Assembly (NCBI GenBank): GCA_018697095.1
Contig: JABHSG010000003.1
Location: 86,895-150,894, forward strand
Source: an archaeon
GTDB lineage: Archaea; Nanobdellota; Nanobdellia; Woesearchaeales; GW2011-AR9
Length of the DNA: 64,000 nucleotides
Direction: 5' to 3'
This document shows positions 49,300 to 58,472 of the stretch, piece by piece (positions within the stretch are counted from its first letter, which is position 1; every line of letters begins with the position of its first letter). The notes below the pieces were generated by a model. That model did no database searches and was not told the DNA's origin. It saw nothing but the letters and a program-made list of their open reading frames with translations. Both the position numbers and the translations under genes were made by a program.

Positions 49300-49986
49300 C
49301 TAGAATATTTTTTTAAACTCTTCATATGAATCAAATAAATGCTCAGTATCAAGTTTTTCAAGTCGCGCGCGTGATTGCCAACCACCATTCATAATAACAC
49401 TTACAAATCCAGCATTTTTTGCTACATGAAGGTCTTGATCCATATCTCCAACATAAACAACTTCGCTACAGTTCACAACTCCTAATTTACTAATGAGTAC
49501 ATCACTTTTTTTAGCAGCTCGAATTCCATCCTCATACAAATGATTTTCTCCAACAATTGCTTCAAAAAAATGATCCACTCCTAATAATTTCAAATCTTTT
49601 GTCAAATCAACTGTATTTCTGCTGCTAAGAACACCTAAAACAAATCCTCTCTCTTTCAAAAATTTCAAAACTTCCAAGATCCCTGAGCGTAATTTTAATC
49701 TTTGAAGAATTAGTCCTGCACTAATTTTTTGATAGCAGTCTTGGTGAATTGCAAAATCAATTTTTCCAGTATCAACTCCATTTTTTGCATAAAATTCAGT
49801 CCATGGCGTTCCAAAAGTATCTAGAAATCTTTCATAGGAGATCACTGGTAGCCCATAAACTTCTTGTAGAACATGATTACAACTCTCCCATCCAATTTTA
49901 GAATCATCGCAAAGTGTCCCATTAAAATCAAACACTATGTATTTGATCTCTTTCAAAGAATTAGTCACAGATTCATTCATAAACAT
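49300..49986 (-). CDS. HAD phosphatase (Gph-like)
   Basis: FDFNGTL, LSS, YVGDMDQD. Confidence 0.88.
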   Translation of the reverse strand: MFMNESVTNSLKEIKYIVFDFNGTLCDDSKIGWESCNHVLQEVYGLPVISYERFLDTFGTPWTEFYAKNGVDTGKIDFAIHQDCYQKISAGLILQRLKLRSGILEVLKFLKERGFVLGVLSSRNTVDLTKDLKLLGVDHFFEAIVGENHLYEDGIRAAKKSDVLISKLGVVNCSEVVYVGDMDQDLHVAKNAGFVSVIMNGGWQSRARLEKLDTEHLFDSYEEFKKIF

Positions 49987-50090
49987 AAAATTCTAGCTTT
50001 AGATATAAAGATTTAGTATGGGAAGGTAAAGCCACTACCCACTGGACAAGTTTTGGTATTAATTAAAAACCAATCACACTAATATCATTT

Positions 50091-50741
50091 ATGTTACTCG
50101 AAAGACCAAATGTTGGAACAAACCTTAAACTAAGGAAGGTGAATCTCCCTAAAGAAATGTCAGTTGAATTAGCTGAATTAGTTGGAATTCAGTTTGGAGA
50201 TGGAAATTTGTACAAAAACAAAAAATATAATTATATTCTCACATATTGTTTTAATTCAAAAGAGAAGTGGCTTCACAATCATACAACTAATATCTTTTTA
50301 AAACAATTCGGACACAAGTTAAAAAAAAGAGCAATAAAAGATTCAGCAATTTCCTTAAGTATACATTCAAAAATAATCTGTTACTTTTTTCATGAGAATT
50401 TCCAGCTGCCATTCGGGAAAAAGGAAAATCTTTCAATACCAAAAAAATTCAAAAAAGATAAAAAATTGCTATTTGGGTTTTTAAGAGGTCTTTATTGGAC
50501 TGATGGTTGTAAATTTATTAAGAAAGACCGTCATTACAGGTATCCGATCATAAAAATCACTAACAAATCAAAAAAGTTTATTGAGCAAATTCAGGAAATT
50601 CTTCTAAAATTTGGATTTAGAGCAAGAATTAATGCCAAAAACAACTCTGGGTTTGGGTTTGATGTTGTTTTGCACGGAACTAATCAAGTAAAAATGTGGG
50701 AAGAAAAAATCATGAAAAGAAGTGGGGATACTGGGATTTGA
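50091..50741 (+). mobile_element. free-standing two-motif LAGLIDADG homing endonuclease gene
   Basis: LAELVGIQFGDG and FLRGLYWTDG helices; Lys-rich; no intein motifs; 3' end overlaps tRNA-Trp antisense. Confidence 0.88.
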
Positions 50742-50873
50742 ATTTCTGAGTAAAAAGCACGTACTTTTTACTTCCCAGATCCTCAGGTATCTTCAGCAAA
50801 ACAAGTCATTGCCAAGAGGCTCTTCGCTCCAACAACTGGAGCCCGATGTTCTACCAAGTTATACTATATCCCC
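50723..50873 (-). tRNA. tRNA-Trp(CCA) with two introns (exons 50873-50836, 50788-50774, 50742-50723)
   Basis: Spliced 73 nt GGGGATATAGTATAACTTGGTAGAACATCGGGCTCCAG|ACCTGAGGATCTGGG|TTCAAATCCCAGTATCCCCA folds as a cloverleaf; 47-nt intron at 37/38 and 31-nt intron at 53/54. Confidence 0.92.
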
Positions 50874-50928
50874 ACAAGCACATTATCTCAACAAGGCTTA
50901 TAAAAAACTTCTGCTCCAAATAACGTAT

Positions 50929-51501
50929 ATGGACTCCACAATCCTCCAAAAAATCAAAGAGCTCGAGTTAGAGCGAACTTCCTGGAATGTTACTGAGGAA
51001 AATATGAATATTATGCTTAATTATTGCCGGCAAAATGATTTGCACAGACTTCTTGAAATAGGATCATTCAATGGATATTCAGCCCTTAATTTCGCACTCA
51101 TCTGCGAAGAAGTAATCAGTTTAGAAATTGAAGAAAAAAGATTCATGGAAGCCACAAATAACTGCCAAATCGCAAAAAACATCAAAATAATCCTTGCTGA
51201 TGCTAATGAGTATATGAAACAGCTAATTACAAAAAAAGAACTTTTTGATGCAATTCTAATCGACGGAAATAATTCCCAGTACTCAAATTATCTCACTTTA
51301 GCAATTCCACTCATAAAAGATACAGGAATGATTTTCATTGATAATACTGTTTCACATAAAGACAGATTAGAAAAGAAAGGATTTTTTGAAACACTCCAAA
51401 AGAGTAATCTTTCATTCAAAGAATTAAATACAACAAAAGGACTTATTGTAGCTTTCAAAACCAGAAAGTTTTATGCAGCGCAAAACAGTAGTAAAAATTA
51501 A
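50929..51501 (+). CDS. class I SAM-dependent O-methyltransferase
   Basis: LEIGSFNGYSA, FDAILIDG, IDN; true ATG 50929 (the ORF-track extension is tRNA antisense). Confidence 0.85.
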   Translation: MDSTILQKIKELELERTSWNVTEENMNIMLNYCRQNDLHRLLEIGSFNGYSALNFALICEEVISLEIEEKRFMEATNNCQIAKNIKIILADANEYMKQLITKKELFDAILIDGNNSQYSNYLTLAIPLIKDTGMIFIDNTVSHKDRLEKKGFFETLQKSNLSFKELNTTKGLIVAFKTRKFYAAQNSSKN

Positions 51502-51520
51502 TCATAATTACACAAAAAAT

Positions 51521-52096
51521 ATGGCAACAATAATTTTAATCCATGGGTCATTTGGAAATCCAGAAGAAAATTGGTTTCCCTGGCTAAAAACAGAACTTGA
51601 ATCATCTGGGCACAAAGTAATAGCGCCAACTTTTCCAACACCTAATAATCAATCATTAGATTCTTGGCGCCAAGCTTGGAAAAACCAAAAGATCATATTA
51701 GATCAAGACACAATTTTTGTAGGACATAGTCTCGGGCCAGTTTTCATTTTTGATCTACTTCAAAACCAACAAATTTCAAATCCAATCAAAGCTTCATTTT
51801 TAGTGGCCCCATTCCTTTCAAAATTAAAAAACCCAGATTTTGATCCTGTCAACAAAACTTTCATTGAAAATCCAATCAACTGGCAAACAGTAAAACAAAA
51901 TTGTGAAGTATTCAAAGCTTATGTGTCAGATAACGACCCATATGTCCCGATGGAAATTTCTAAGGAAGTAACAACTAACTTAAACATAAATCCTATTATC
52001 GTCAATGGCGCAGGTCACTTTAACGAATCTGCAGGGTACGCAAAGTTTCCATTACTTCTAAAAGAGATCCTATCTGTTTTGGAGGGTTCACAATGA
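51521..52096 (+). CDS. YdeN/RBBP9-family alpha/beta hydrolase
   Basis: IHG..G...NWFPWL, GHSLG, SDNDPYV, GHFN. Confidence 0.9.
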   Translation: MATIILIHGSFGNPEENWFPWLKTELESSGHKVIAPTFPTPNNQSLDSWRQAWKNQKIILDQDTIFVGHSLGPVFIFDLLQNQQISNPIKASFLVAPFLSKLKNPDFDPVNKTFIENPINWQTVKQNCEVFKAYVSDNDPYVPMEISKEVTTNLNINPIIVNGAGHFNESAGYAKFPLLLKEILSVLEGSQ

Positions 52097-53199
52097 GTAT
52101 GATAGCACTCGACGGTTCTTTTGGTGAAGGTGGTGGCGCACTTCTTCGAACGGCCTTAGCATTCTCAATCTTCACTCAAAAACCATTTCGTATTGACAAT
52201 ATCAGAGCTAACAGAAAAGTCCCAGGCCTTAAAGCGCAACATCTTGAAGCAATCAAAGCCTTAAAACAAATTTGCCCAGGCGCAAAATCAAGCGAAGTAA
52301 AACTTGGTGAAACAAGTATGTGGTTTCAACCAGCAAAAATCAAGTCAGGTAATTTCGAATTCGATATAAAAACTGCTGGCAGCATCACGCTATTTTTCCA
52401 AGCAATTCTGCTTCCATCATTATTTGCACCTAGTAAAGTTACAATTACAGTTAAAGGAGGAACTTGCGGTAAATGGCAAGCCGGGGTTGACTCACTTCAA
52501 AGAGTACTTCTTCCATTAATTCAGCGTTTCACAAAAGACATCAAACTAACAATCAAAAAGCGTGGATATTATCCAAAAGGTGGCGGAGAAGTAATGCTTG
52601 AAATATCACCACTATTCAAATCAAAGGCGCATTCGTCATATCAGGAACTTATCAAAGAAATTGAATCAAAAACAAGATATTACAATTTCATAAATCAAGG
52701 TAAACTAGAACACATTAAGGGCTTTGTTAATATTTCAGCAGACCTTCAAGAAAGGCAAGTAGGTGAAAGGTTAATCAAAGCAGCAAGGCAAACTCTTCTA
52801 AGGGCAAAAGTCCCAATAAGTATTGATTTAGGCTACTTCCCAGCATTAAGTACTGGTGGAGAAATTTTAATTCACTCTGTCCATAGTCAAAATGGATTCA
52901 CTGACCCATTTAATTCACCACGGCTTTTAGCAGATTCACTTTTGGAAAAAAACAAACGCGCGGAGATTATTGGTGAAGAAACTTCCAATCAGCTTCTAAG
53001 TCTAATTGAGTCCAAAGCTGCTATTGATCCTCTTCTTTGTGATCAACTAATCCCTTTTGCGGCTTTATTAACAAATTCTAAAATAAATACGAGTGATGTC
53101 ACTAATCATACAACAACAAACCTTCATGTGATTGCGCAATTTCTAAATATAAAAACTAATATTGCCAATAACACAATTCATATTCTTGCCAACAAATAA
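52093..53199 (+). CDS. rtcA: RNA 3'-terminal phosphate cyclase
   Basis: DGSFGEGGG..LR, RGYYPKGGG, DQL, HTTTN catalytic His. Confidence 0.93.
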   Translation: MSMIALDGSFGEGGGALLRTALAFSIFTQKPFRIDNIRANRKVPGLKAQHLEAIKALKQICPGAKSSEVKLGETSMWFQPAKIKSGNFEFDIKTAGSITLFFQAILLPSLFAPSKVTITVKGGTCGKWQAGVDSLQRVLLPLIQRFTKDIKLTIKKRGYYPKGGGEVMLEISPLFKSKAHSSYQELIKEIESKTRYYNFINQGKLEHIKGFVNISADLQERQVGERLIKAARQTLLRAKVPISIDLGYFPALSTGGEILIHSVHSQNGFTDPFNSPRLLADSLLEKNKRAEIIGEETSNQLLSLIESKAAIDPLLCDQLIPFAALLTNSKINTSDVTNHTTTNLHVIAQFLNIKTNIANNTIHILANK

Positions 53200-53247
53200 T
53201 TACTTTTTTCACAATTTACTTAAACCTTTAACAACTAATTATTCCTG

Positions 53248-53796
53248 ATGGTTAAAAAAGAAAAGTTCTGGAAAACAGTTAAAGAAAAAATTATCCATAA
53301 AAGTTACGGTGGAAAATTCTTCCATAATAAAGTTCTTAACCCTCAAAAACAAAAATCAACCTATTCTTATTATTATATCAACCGGGGTGCTTCAGTAATC
53401 CCAGTTGACAAAAAAGGCAACATATATTTTCTAAAGGAATACCGCTATCCAACAAGGTCTTGGGAATGCGAACCAATTGGCGGAGGCATTTCAAAAGGTG
53501 AAACCCCAATAATGGCAGCTAGAAAAGAACTTCTTGAAGAAGCAGGAATTATTGCAAAAAAACTAACTCTTCTTGGAAAAACAAAAGTAATGCCTGGAAA
53601 TTTGGACACTTTAACAACTGGATTTTTAGCAACAAATCTCCAATTCGCTACTCCAAATAGGGAGGTAGGGGAAGTTCAAAAATTAATTAAAATGCCAATT
53701 AAAAAAGCAATCGAGCAAGCACTCACTGGCAAAATAAAAAATGCAGAACTTGTAACTTATATCTTAAGGGCTGCTAAAAAGTTAAAAAAGATCTAA
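53248..53796 (+). CDS. NUDIX hydrolase (ADP-ribose pyrophosphatase-like)
   Basis: EYRYP, GGISKGETPIMAARKELLEEAG. Confidence 0.85.
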   Translation: MVKKEKFWKTVKEKIIHKSYGGKFFHNKVLNPQKQKSTYSYYYINRGASVIPVDKKGNIYFLKEYRYPTRSWECEPIGGGISKGETPIMAARKELLEEAGIIAKKLTLLGKTKVMPGNLDTLTTGFLATNLQFATPNREVGEVQKLIKMPIKKAIEQALTGKIKNAELVTYILRAAKKLKKI

Positions 53797-53809
53797 ACTA
53801 AGAAATAAT

Positions 53810-54601
53810 CTAAAACTCTAATTCACTATCTTGCACGTAAGTTAATCCTTTTTGTAGTGCAATATAAGCCTTATACAATTCTTTTCCAACATAGGCTGCA
53901 TGATCAATTCTACTAATCAAGTTCGCTTTGTGCAATTCATAGTAAACATCTTGTGGTTTCTTCCCTTCAAAAATAGAATCAACAATCCCAAGTTTCTTGC
54001 AATGCGCAAGTTCTAATATTTTGCGTTCAGTGTCAACACGAATAAGAAAATAACCGTTTTTATCCATTGACCAATCTTCAATCTCGTGGTAATCTCCAGT
54101 AACTACTGGTACTGATTCTAAAACATCTTTATTCTTAACTCCAACTGGTTTAAACTCTTTAACAACTTCAGCCCTACTTCTTTTTTCAACCACTTTTGCT
54201 TTAATTTTAGAGCTTTTGAACAAGTCCTCGCCAAACGCTGGCAAACGCACAACTTCTAATTTTAAATCATGTGATTTAGCAAATTCTAATACTCGCTTTT
54301 CATCAATAGGTTGATCATAACCTAAACACACTATCTCGGGTTTAACTGAAAGTAAAACTTCCATCTCGTCCCCTGAATTTCCAATGATCGCTTCATCAAC
54401 AATACTTAAGGCATCTAAAAACTGTTTACGAACATCTTCACTATATGTAGCTTCAAAACCAAAGCGTTCTTTAATTGTAGAATCTTTAGCAACAACTACA
54501 ATCAATCGGTCACCAAGTTTTCTCGCAGCTTCAAACAAAGCCAAGTGTCCAGGATGAAGTACATCAAATTTTCCAGCAACAAGTACAGTTTTCATCTTCA
54601 T
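53810..54601 (-). CDS. ribL: FAD synthase-like cytidylyltransferase fused to a DUF4346-like domain
   Basis: GKFDVLHPGH, LGYDQ, SSKIK; C-terminal DKNGYFLI...HAAYVGKEL.KA...YVQD. Confidence 0.78.
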   Translation of the reverse strand: MKMKTVLVAGKFDVLHPGHLALFEAARKLGDRLIVVVAKDSTIKERFGFEATYSEDVRKQFLDALSIVDEAIIGNSGDEMEVLLSVKPEIVCLGYDQPIDEKRVLEFAKSHDLKLEVVRLPAFGEDLFKSSKIKAKVVEKRSRAEVVKEFKPVGVKNKDVLESVPVVTGDYHEIEDWSMDKNGYFLIRVDTERKILELAHCKKLGIVDSIFEGKKPQDVYYELHKANLISRIDHAAYVGKELYKAYIALQKGLTYVQDSELEF

Positions 54602-54649
54602 AGTCTCACAATTATTTTATTTTCTTTTTAAAATTGATGTAAATTAAAA

Positions 54650-55570
54650 TCAAACACGGTATGTTTGAGGGTTATCAAAAATATCCATATACAAGTCATG
54701 CATAAATTCTCCATTGACTTCTTTTATGTGGCCTTCGCCAGGCACAATTAATGTTCTTTCATGAAGACCAGCCCCTGGAAGAATTAATCTATCGCCTGTG
54801 CAAATCACAACTAATGTTTGATCCGCAATATTTTCTTGAACGGTACCATACATTTCGTTATTTCTAAATGCTCCTGCTTCAGTTTTCAAATCATCAAAAT
54901 CATGAATCTGTTTAGTAGCTCGCAACATTTTTTGCCAAATATTTCCTTTTGTTAAATAAGCCCCATTATTTGGAGCAACTGCTAAAACTTGAGTGTCCCA
55001 CTTAGAGATCAAATTAGCATAACTTTCATTTTTTGTAGATAAGTGAAGTAAAATATCAGCGCCTGTACTATGTCCTAAAATTCCAGCAACCTTAGCTTCA
55101 GCTCCATTAATTTTCTTAAGTTCAGACATAAGTCCATCCCCACTTTGTGTTAAAGTTTCATTTTCAAAATCGTATCCATGTACGTATACTGTTTTTCCAG
55201 CAGCTCGAAGTTTTCCTGCAAGGCCACGAAAGTTTCCTTCAGTTTGTCCAGCACCAGCAATTAAAACATAAACTTCTTGGCCTTCTTGTAAATCCCCTAG
55301 AAGATTTATTCGTTGTTTAACTTCTGATTTTTGGTGTATGGCTGTATCAATGACATTACCAATTAAAGCCATTCCAGTTTCCAACGCATCTCCCCAAGAA
55401 GAATAAGGTGCAATATCTAAACTTGAAGATAACTCATCCCAACATCTTTCACGTCTAGCAACTCTTGCTTCTAAATCATCAGAATCATCAAATAACTGAC
55501 CTTTAGCTAAATTAACTAAATGCAGCGGTTTGCCTCCAAAATCAATCTGTGTAGAGCTATAATTTATCAC
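54650..55570 (-). CDS. lipase/esterase-like alpha/beta hydrolase
   Basis: GHSTG nucleophile elbow, GDRLI, GEGH. Confidence 0.7.
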   Translation of the reverse strand: MINYSSTQIDFGGKPLHLVNLAKGQLFDDSDDLEARVARRERCWDELSSSLDIAPYSSWGDALETGMALIGNVIDTAIHQKSEVKQRINLLGDLQEGQEVYVLIAGAGQTEGNFRGLAGKLRAAGKTVYVHGYDFENETLTQSGDGLMSELKKINGAEAKVAGILGHSTGADILLHLSTKNESYANLISKWDTQVLAVAPNNGAYLTKGNIWQKMLRATKQIHDFDDLKTEAGAFRNNEMYGTVQENIADQTLVVICTGDRLILPGAGLHERTLIVPGEGHIKEVNGEFMHDLYMDIFDNPQTYRV

Positions 55571-55706
55571 AAAACTACTAATTAGTAGTTACTTTAAAAA
55601 ACTAACCAATATTTTGTTGAATTTATCAAAATCTACTACTTCCTCACTATAGAATTTCAAGCTAGCCAAGGTAAGATTTATAAACAGGCCTAAGTCCAAA
55701 GGGTCC

Positions 55707-55874
55707 ATGGAAATAACATTATCTCATGCAACAAAACAAGATGTGACTAATGATACTGGTGCAGTTCGTTTTCCTTGCCCAAGCTGTGGCAAAAACGAGA
55801 TTATCCGTTCAACCTTCGAAAGAAAGAACGCAATCAAATATACTTGCGCTTGTGGCTTTGTCGGCCCTAATTAA
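55707..55874 (+). CDS. small zinc-ribbon protein (DUF1610/HVO_2753-like; not in ORF track)
   Basis: Manual translation MEITLSHATKQDVTNDTGAVRFPCPSCGKNEIIRSTFERKNAIKYTCACGFVGPN; usual position upstream of EF-1beta. Confidence 0.88.
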   Translation: MEITLSHATKQDVTNDTGAVRFPCPSCGKNEIIRSTFERKNAIKYTCACGFVGPN

Positions 55875-55937
55875 TATCATAAATCAATTTTTGTTAAATT
55901 AAATAATAAATATGCCAATACAAGGTGGAGAAATAAA

Positions 55938-56219
55938 ATGGGTTCTAAAGCAGTAATTACATTCAAAATCATGCCAGAGTCACCAGATGTTGACTTTGAC
56001 TCAATTAGTAAACAAGCAGAAGAGATTGCAAAAGCAGCAGGCTCACTTGGAGAAATGCGAACTGAACTTGAACCAATTGCTTTTGGTTTAAAGGCTGTAA
56101 AAATTCTAGCAATGTACGATGTTGATGGAGCAGACTTTGATGCAATCATAGAAAAATTCAAAGCAATCCCTCAAGTACAAAACGCAGAAGTTGCTAAAAT
56201 GGATCTTGCTTTAGGGTAA
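55938..56219 (+). CDS. ef1b: translation elongation factor 1-beta
   Basis: KIMPESPDVD, EPIAFGLKA. Confidence 0.95.
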   Translation: MGSKAVITFKIMPESPDVDFDSISKQAEEIAKAAGSLGEMRTELEPIAFGLKAVKILAMYDVDGADFDAIIEKFKAIPQVQNAEVAKMDLALG

Positions 56220-56321
56220 ACCAATTAATAATTTTCTTTTTTTAATCATTTTTCTCTTAAATATCAAAATTACTACTTTTTAGGGACATTGTTTTAAATA
56301 CGCTTCATTTTAAACGATTCT

Positions 56322-58472
56322 ATGCTAGAAGACTCTTTAACAGCATTGGGTGACCTAGTTTTAACCCCTCAAAGATTACTTGCATCACGTGAATTCTTTT
56401 GGGATGAAAATAGTACAGGAAGCCTAAGGCCACCATCAAAATGGGAAATAGAAGTAGGGTTAGATTATCGGAACTTTCCCGATTTTGATGAATCACCTCT
56501 AAAAGATAGTTATGCACAAAGAACTGCTCCACGAACTAAAATCAGAACCGATAAATTAGACAAATTGGTTGATGAGCTTCTATCAATACCAGCAAGACAA
56601 TTCTTTGAAGAATATTTTACAAAAAATCACAGAGGTCTTTTTGAAGATCTCGCAGCAAAAGTCAATGCTGATATGCCAGATAATTATTTTTTAGAAGTCG
56701 GTTACGCAGGCACACTAATGCAAGGTCAACCTTTTGTTAATCAAGGGATAGTAATTCCTCTTCTCGCTTTAGCTAATGGACTTGCTCCAACAATTCAATC
56801 TCAAGACCTTCCAAACCAAAATCCCTATACTTCAGCTGAATGTGATCTTGCCTGGGATATGGTCTACATGCTTCACCGAGGGATAATCGACATAGATGGT
56901 AATCGCCTCAATGAAGAATCATTAGTCAGTCATTATTTGGATTGGCAAGACGCAGAAAAATTAGAGGAATGTGATGAACTAAAAAAATTATTCTCACAAG
57001 GATTTTCTTATCCTAGCGGAAGTAATCTACGTTTAGATATTAACCCTGATGCAGAGGAAGCATATTCTCTGTGGGACACATATCCACACGGCGGTGGCCC
57101 AGGAAGAGCATACGATTTTACATTTACAACTGCAAGAAAAACACAAATTGCTAATATTTGGATGGATTTTTTTGTAAGGCGAGGATACACCATTGATGAA
57201 TTAAGATTAAATGCCCCAAACATAGATTTTGAAAAATTAGATCTTCACAAAGGTTTACGAAGATTTGGTGGAAAAGATTTCATTTATGATCTAGAACCAA
57301 ATAGAATTCCAGAACCCAAAGCAGATATTCAAAGGAAACTGAAAGAAAGATTGCCAGAAGACAATATTGCAGTTAAAGTAGAAGTGAATAAAAGAGGGTA
57401 CTTTACTGCAGAGGTTAGTCAAAGAAGGTCTACTGCAGTAGACGAGTTAGCGCACAAACTTGTAACAGAACTTGGAGTTCCAGAACACGCACTTGGTCCT
57501 CTTTTAGAACTAAGAGAAGAGTTAGGAGATATACTTGCAACAAGAAGAAATTCAACGCCAACTTCAACTCCTTATGTAATTGACCTAATAGACAAAGAAG
57601 GTAATCCTCTTGTTGCAAAATTAGGAGCTGGAGTAGAAATTCTAGGTAGAGAGGCTGATGTTCTTCGCGCCATGCAAAATGTTGACGGTCTTGAAGTAAT
57701 CCCTCCTGAATTTTATGGTGCCACTAGTACAGACCAATTAGCAGCAGTGATCACAAGACATTTAGATGGTCCAATTATAAATCCAAAAAGGGCAGCGTCA
57801 TATTCAAAATATTTTACACAAAAAAGAGTAGTACTAACACAGGTAGCAAGTGAATTCGAACAAAACGTAACTTTATTTGCTGCAATACCTGAAGTAGAAG
57901 ACGCTTACCATCTTGCATTATTTCACCACCATATGGGACCATTATCTAAAGAACCACAATTTCAAAAAACTCCAGTTGCAGCAATGTACGGTTGGGGAAA
58001 AGTTGAGGTGATGATTGGAAATTCTCACCTATCAAAAGACATCAAAATTGGTGCAAGAAAATTAGAAGAAAAGTACTCCAGGGCAGAACTAATCTGGGAT
58101 GCTAGTAAATCAGATTCCAAACGTATTGTTCATGGAGATTTCAAAGTAGAAAATATTCATCAAGGTATTAATGGCATCAGACATGTTTTAGATTATGGTC
58201 AAACAAGAGTAGGTGAGCCAAGAGAAGATATTATGCGTTATCTTGCAAGTACAATTGATCCAACTGGACCAAGAGAAACTGCAGCAAAAGCGAAGCGCTT
58301 TGTAGCAACTTACAAACTTGTTTCTGAAATCTTAGGGGATAACCAATCACCACAAAACATCCTCCAAGCAGCAGGGGCAGATGCATTACGTTTAGGTGCA
58401 GGAATTGCATCACATCAGTCAAGAACTGTAGAAGCATTAGATTATCTACGAGTAGCACATTTACTTCTTTAA
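56322..58472 (+). CDS. large protein with C-terminal APH/choline kinase-like phosphotransferase domain
   Basis: LVAK, REA, HGDFKVENI, LDYG, EDI motifs. Confidence 0.75.
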   Translation: MLEDSLTALGDLVLTPQRLLASREFFWDENSTGSLRPPSKWEIEVGLDYRNFPDFDESPLKDSYAQRTAPRTKIRTDKLDKLVDELLSIPARQFFEEYFTKNHRGLFEDLAAKVNADMPDNYFLEVGYAGTLMQGQPFVNQGIVIPLLALANGLAPTIQSQDLPNQNPYTSAECDLAWDMVYMLHRGIIDIDGNRLNEESLVSHYLDWQDAEKLEECDELKKLFSQGFSYPSGSNLRLDINPDAEEAYSLWDTYPHGGGPGRAYDFTFTTARKTQIANIWMDFFVRRGYTIDELRLNAPNIDFEKLDLHKGLRRFGGKDFIYDLEPNRIPEPKADIQRKLKERLPEDNIAVKVEVNKRGYFTAEVSQRRSTAVDELAHKLVTELGVPEHALGPLLELREELGDILATRRNSTPTSTPYVIDLIDKEGNPLVAKLGAGVEILGREADVLRAMQNVDGLEVIPPEFYGATSTDQLAAVITRHLDGPIINPKRAASYSKYFTQKRVVLTQVASEFEQNVTLFAAIPEVEDAYHLALFHHHMGPLSKEPQFQKTPVAAMYGWGKVEVMIGNSHLSKDIKIGARKLEEKYSRAELIWDASKSDSKRIVHGDFKVENIHQGINGIRHVLDYGQTRVGEPREDIMRYLASTIDPTGPRETAAKAKRFVATYKLVSEILGDNQSPQNILQAAGADALRLGAGIASHQSRTVEALDYLRVAHLLL

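Noticed and set aside
50015..50060. Minus-strand GTCCAGTGGGTAGTGGC...TTCCCA upstream of the endonuclease, resembling a tRNA 5' half
   Set aside because: No convincing acceptor or anticodon stem and no matching 3' half or BHB leader found in the window
50722..50928. N-terminal 69 aa of ORF 50722..51501
   Set aside because: It is the antisense of the tRNA-Trp gene; the methyltransferase starts at ATG 50929
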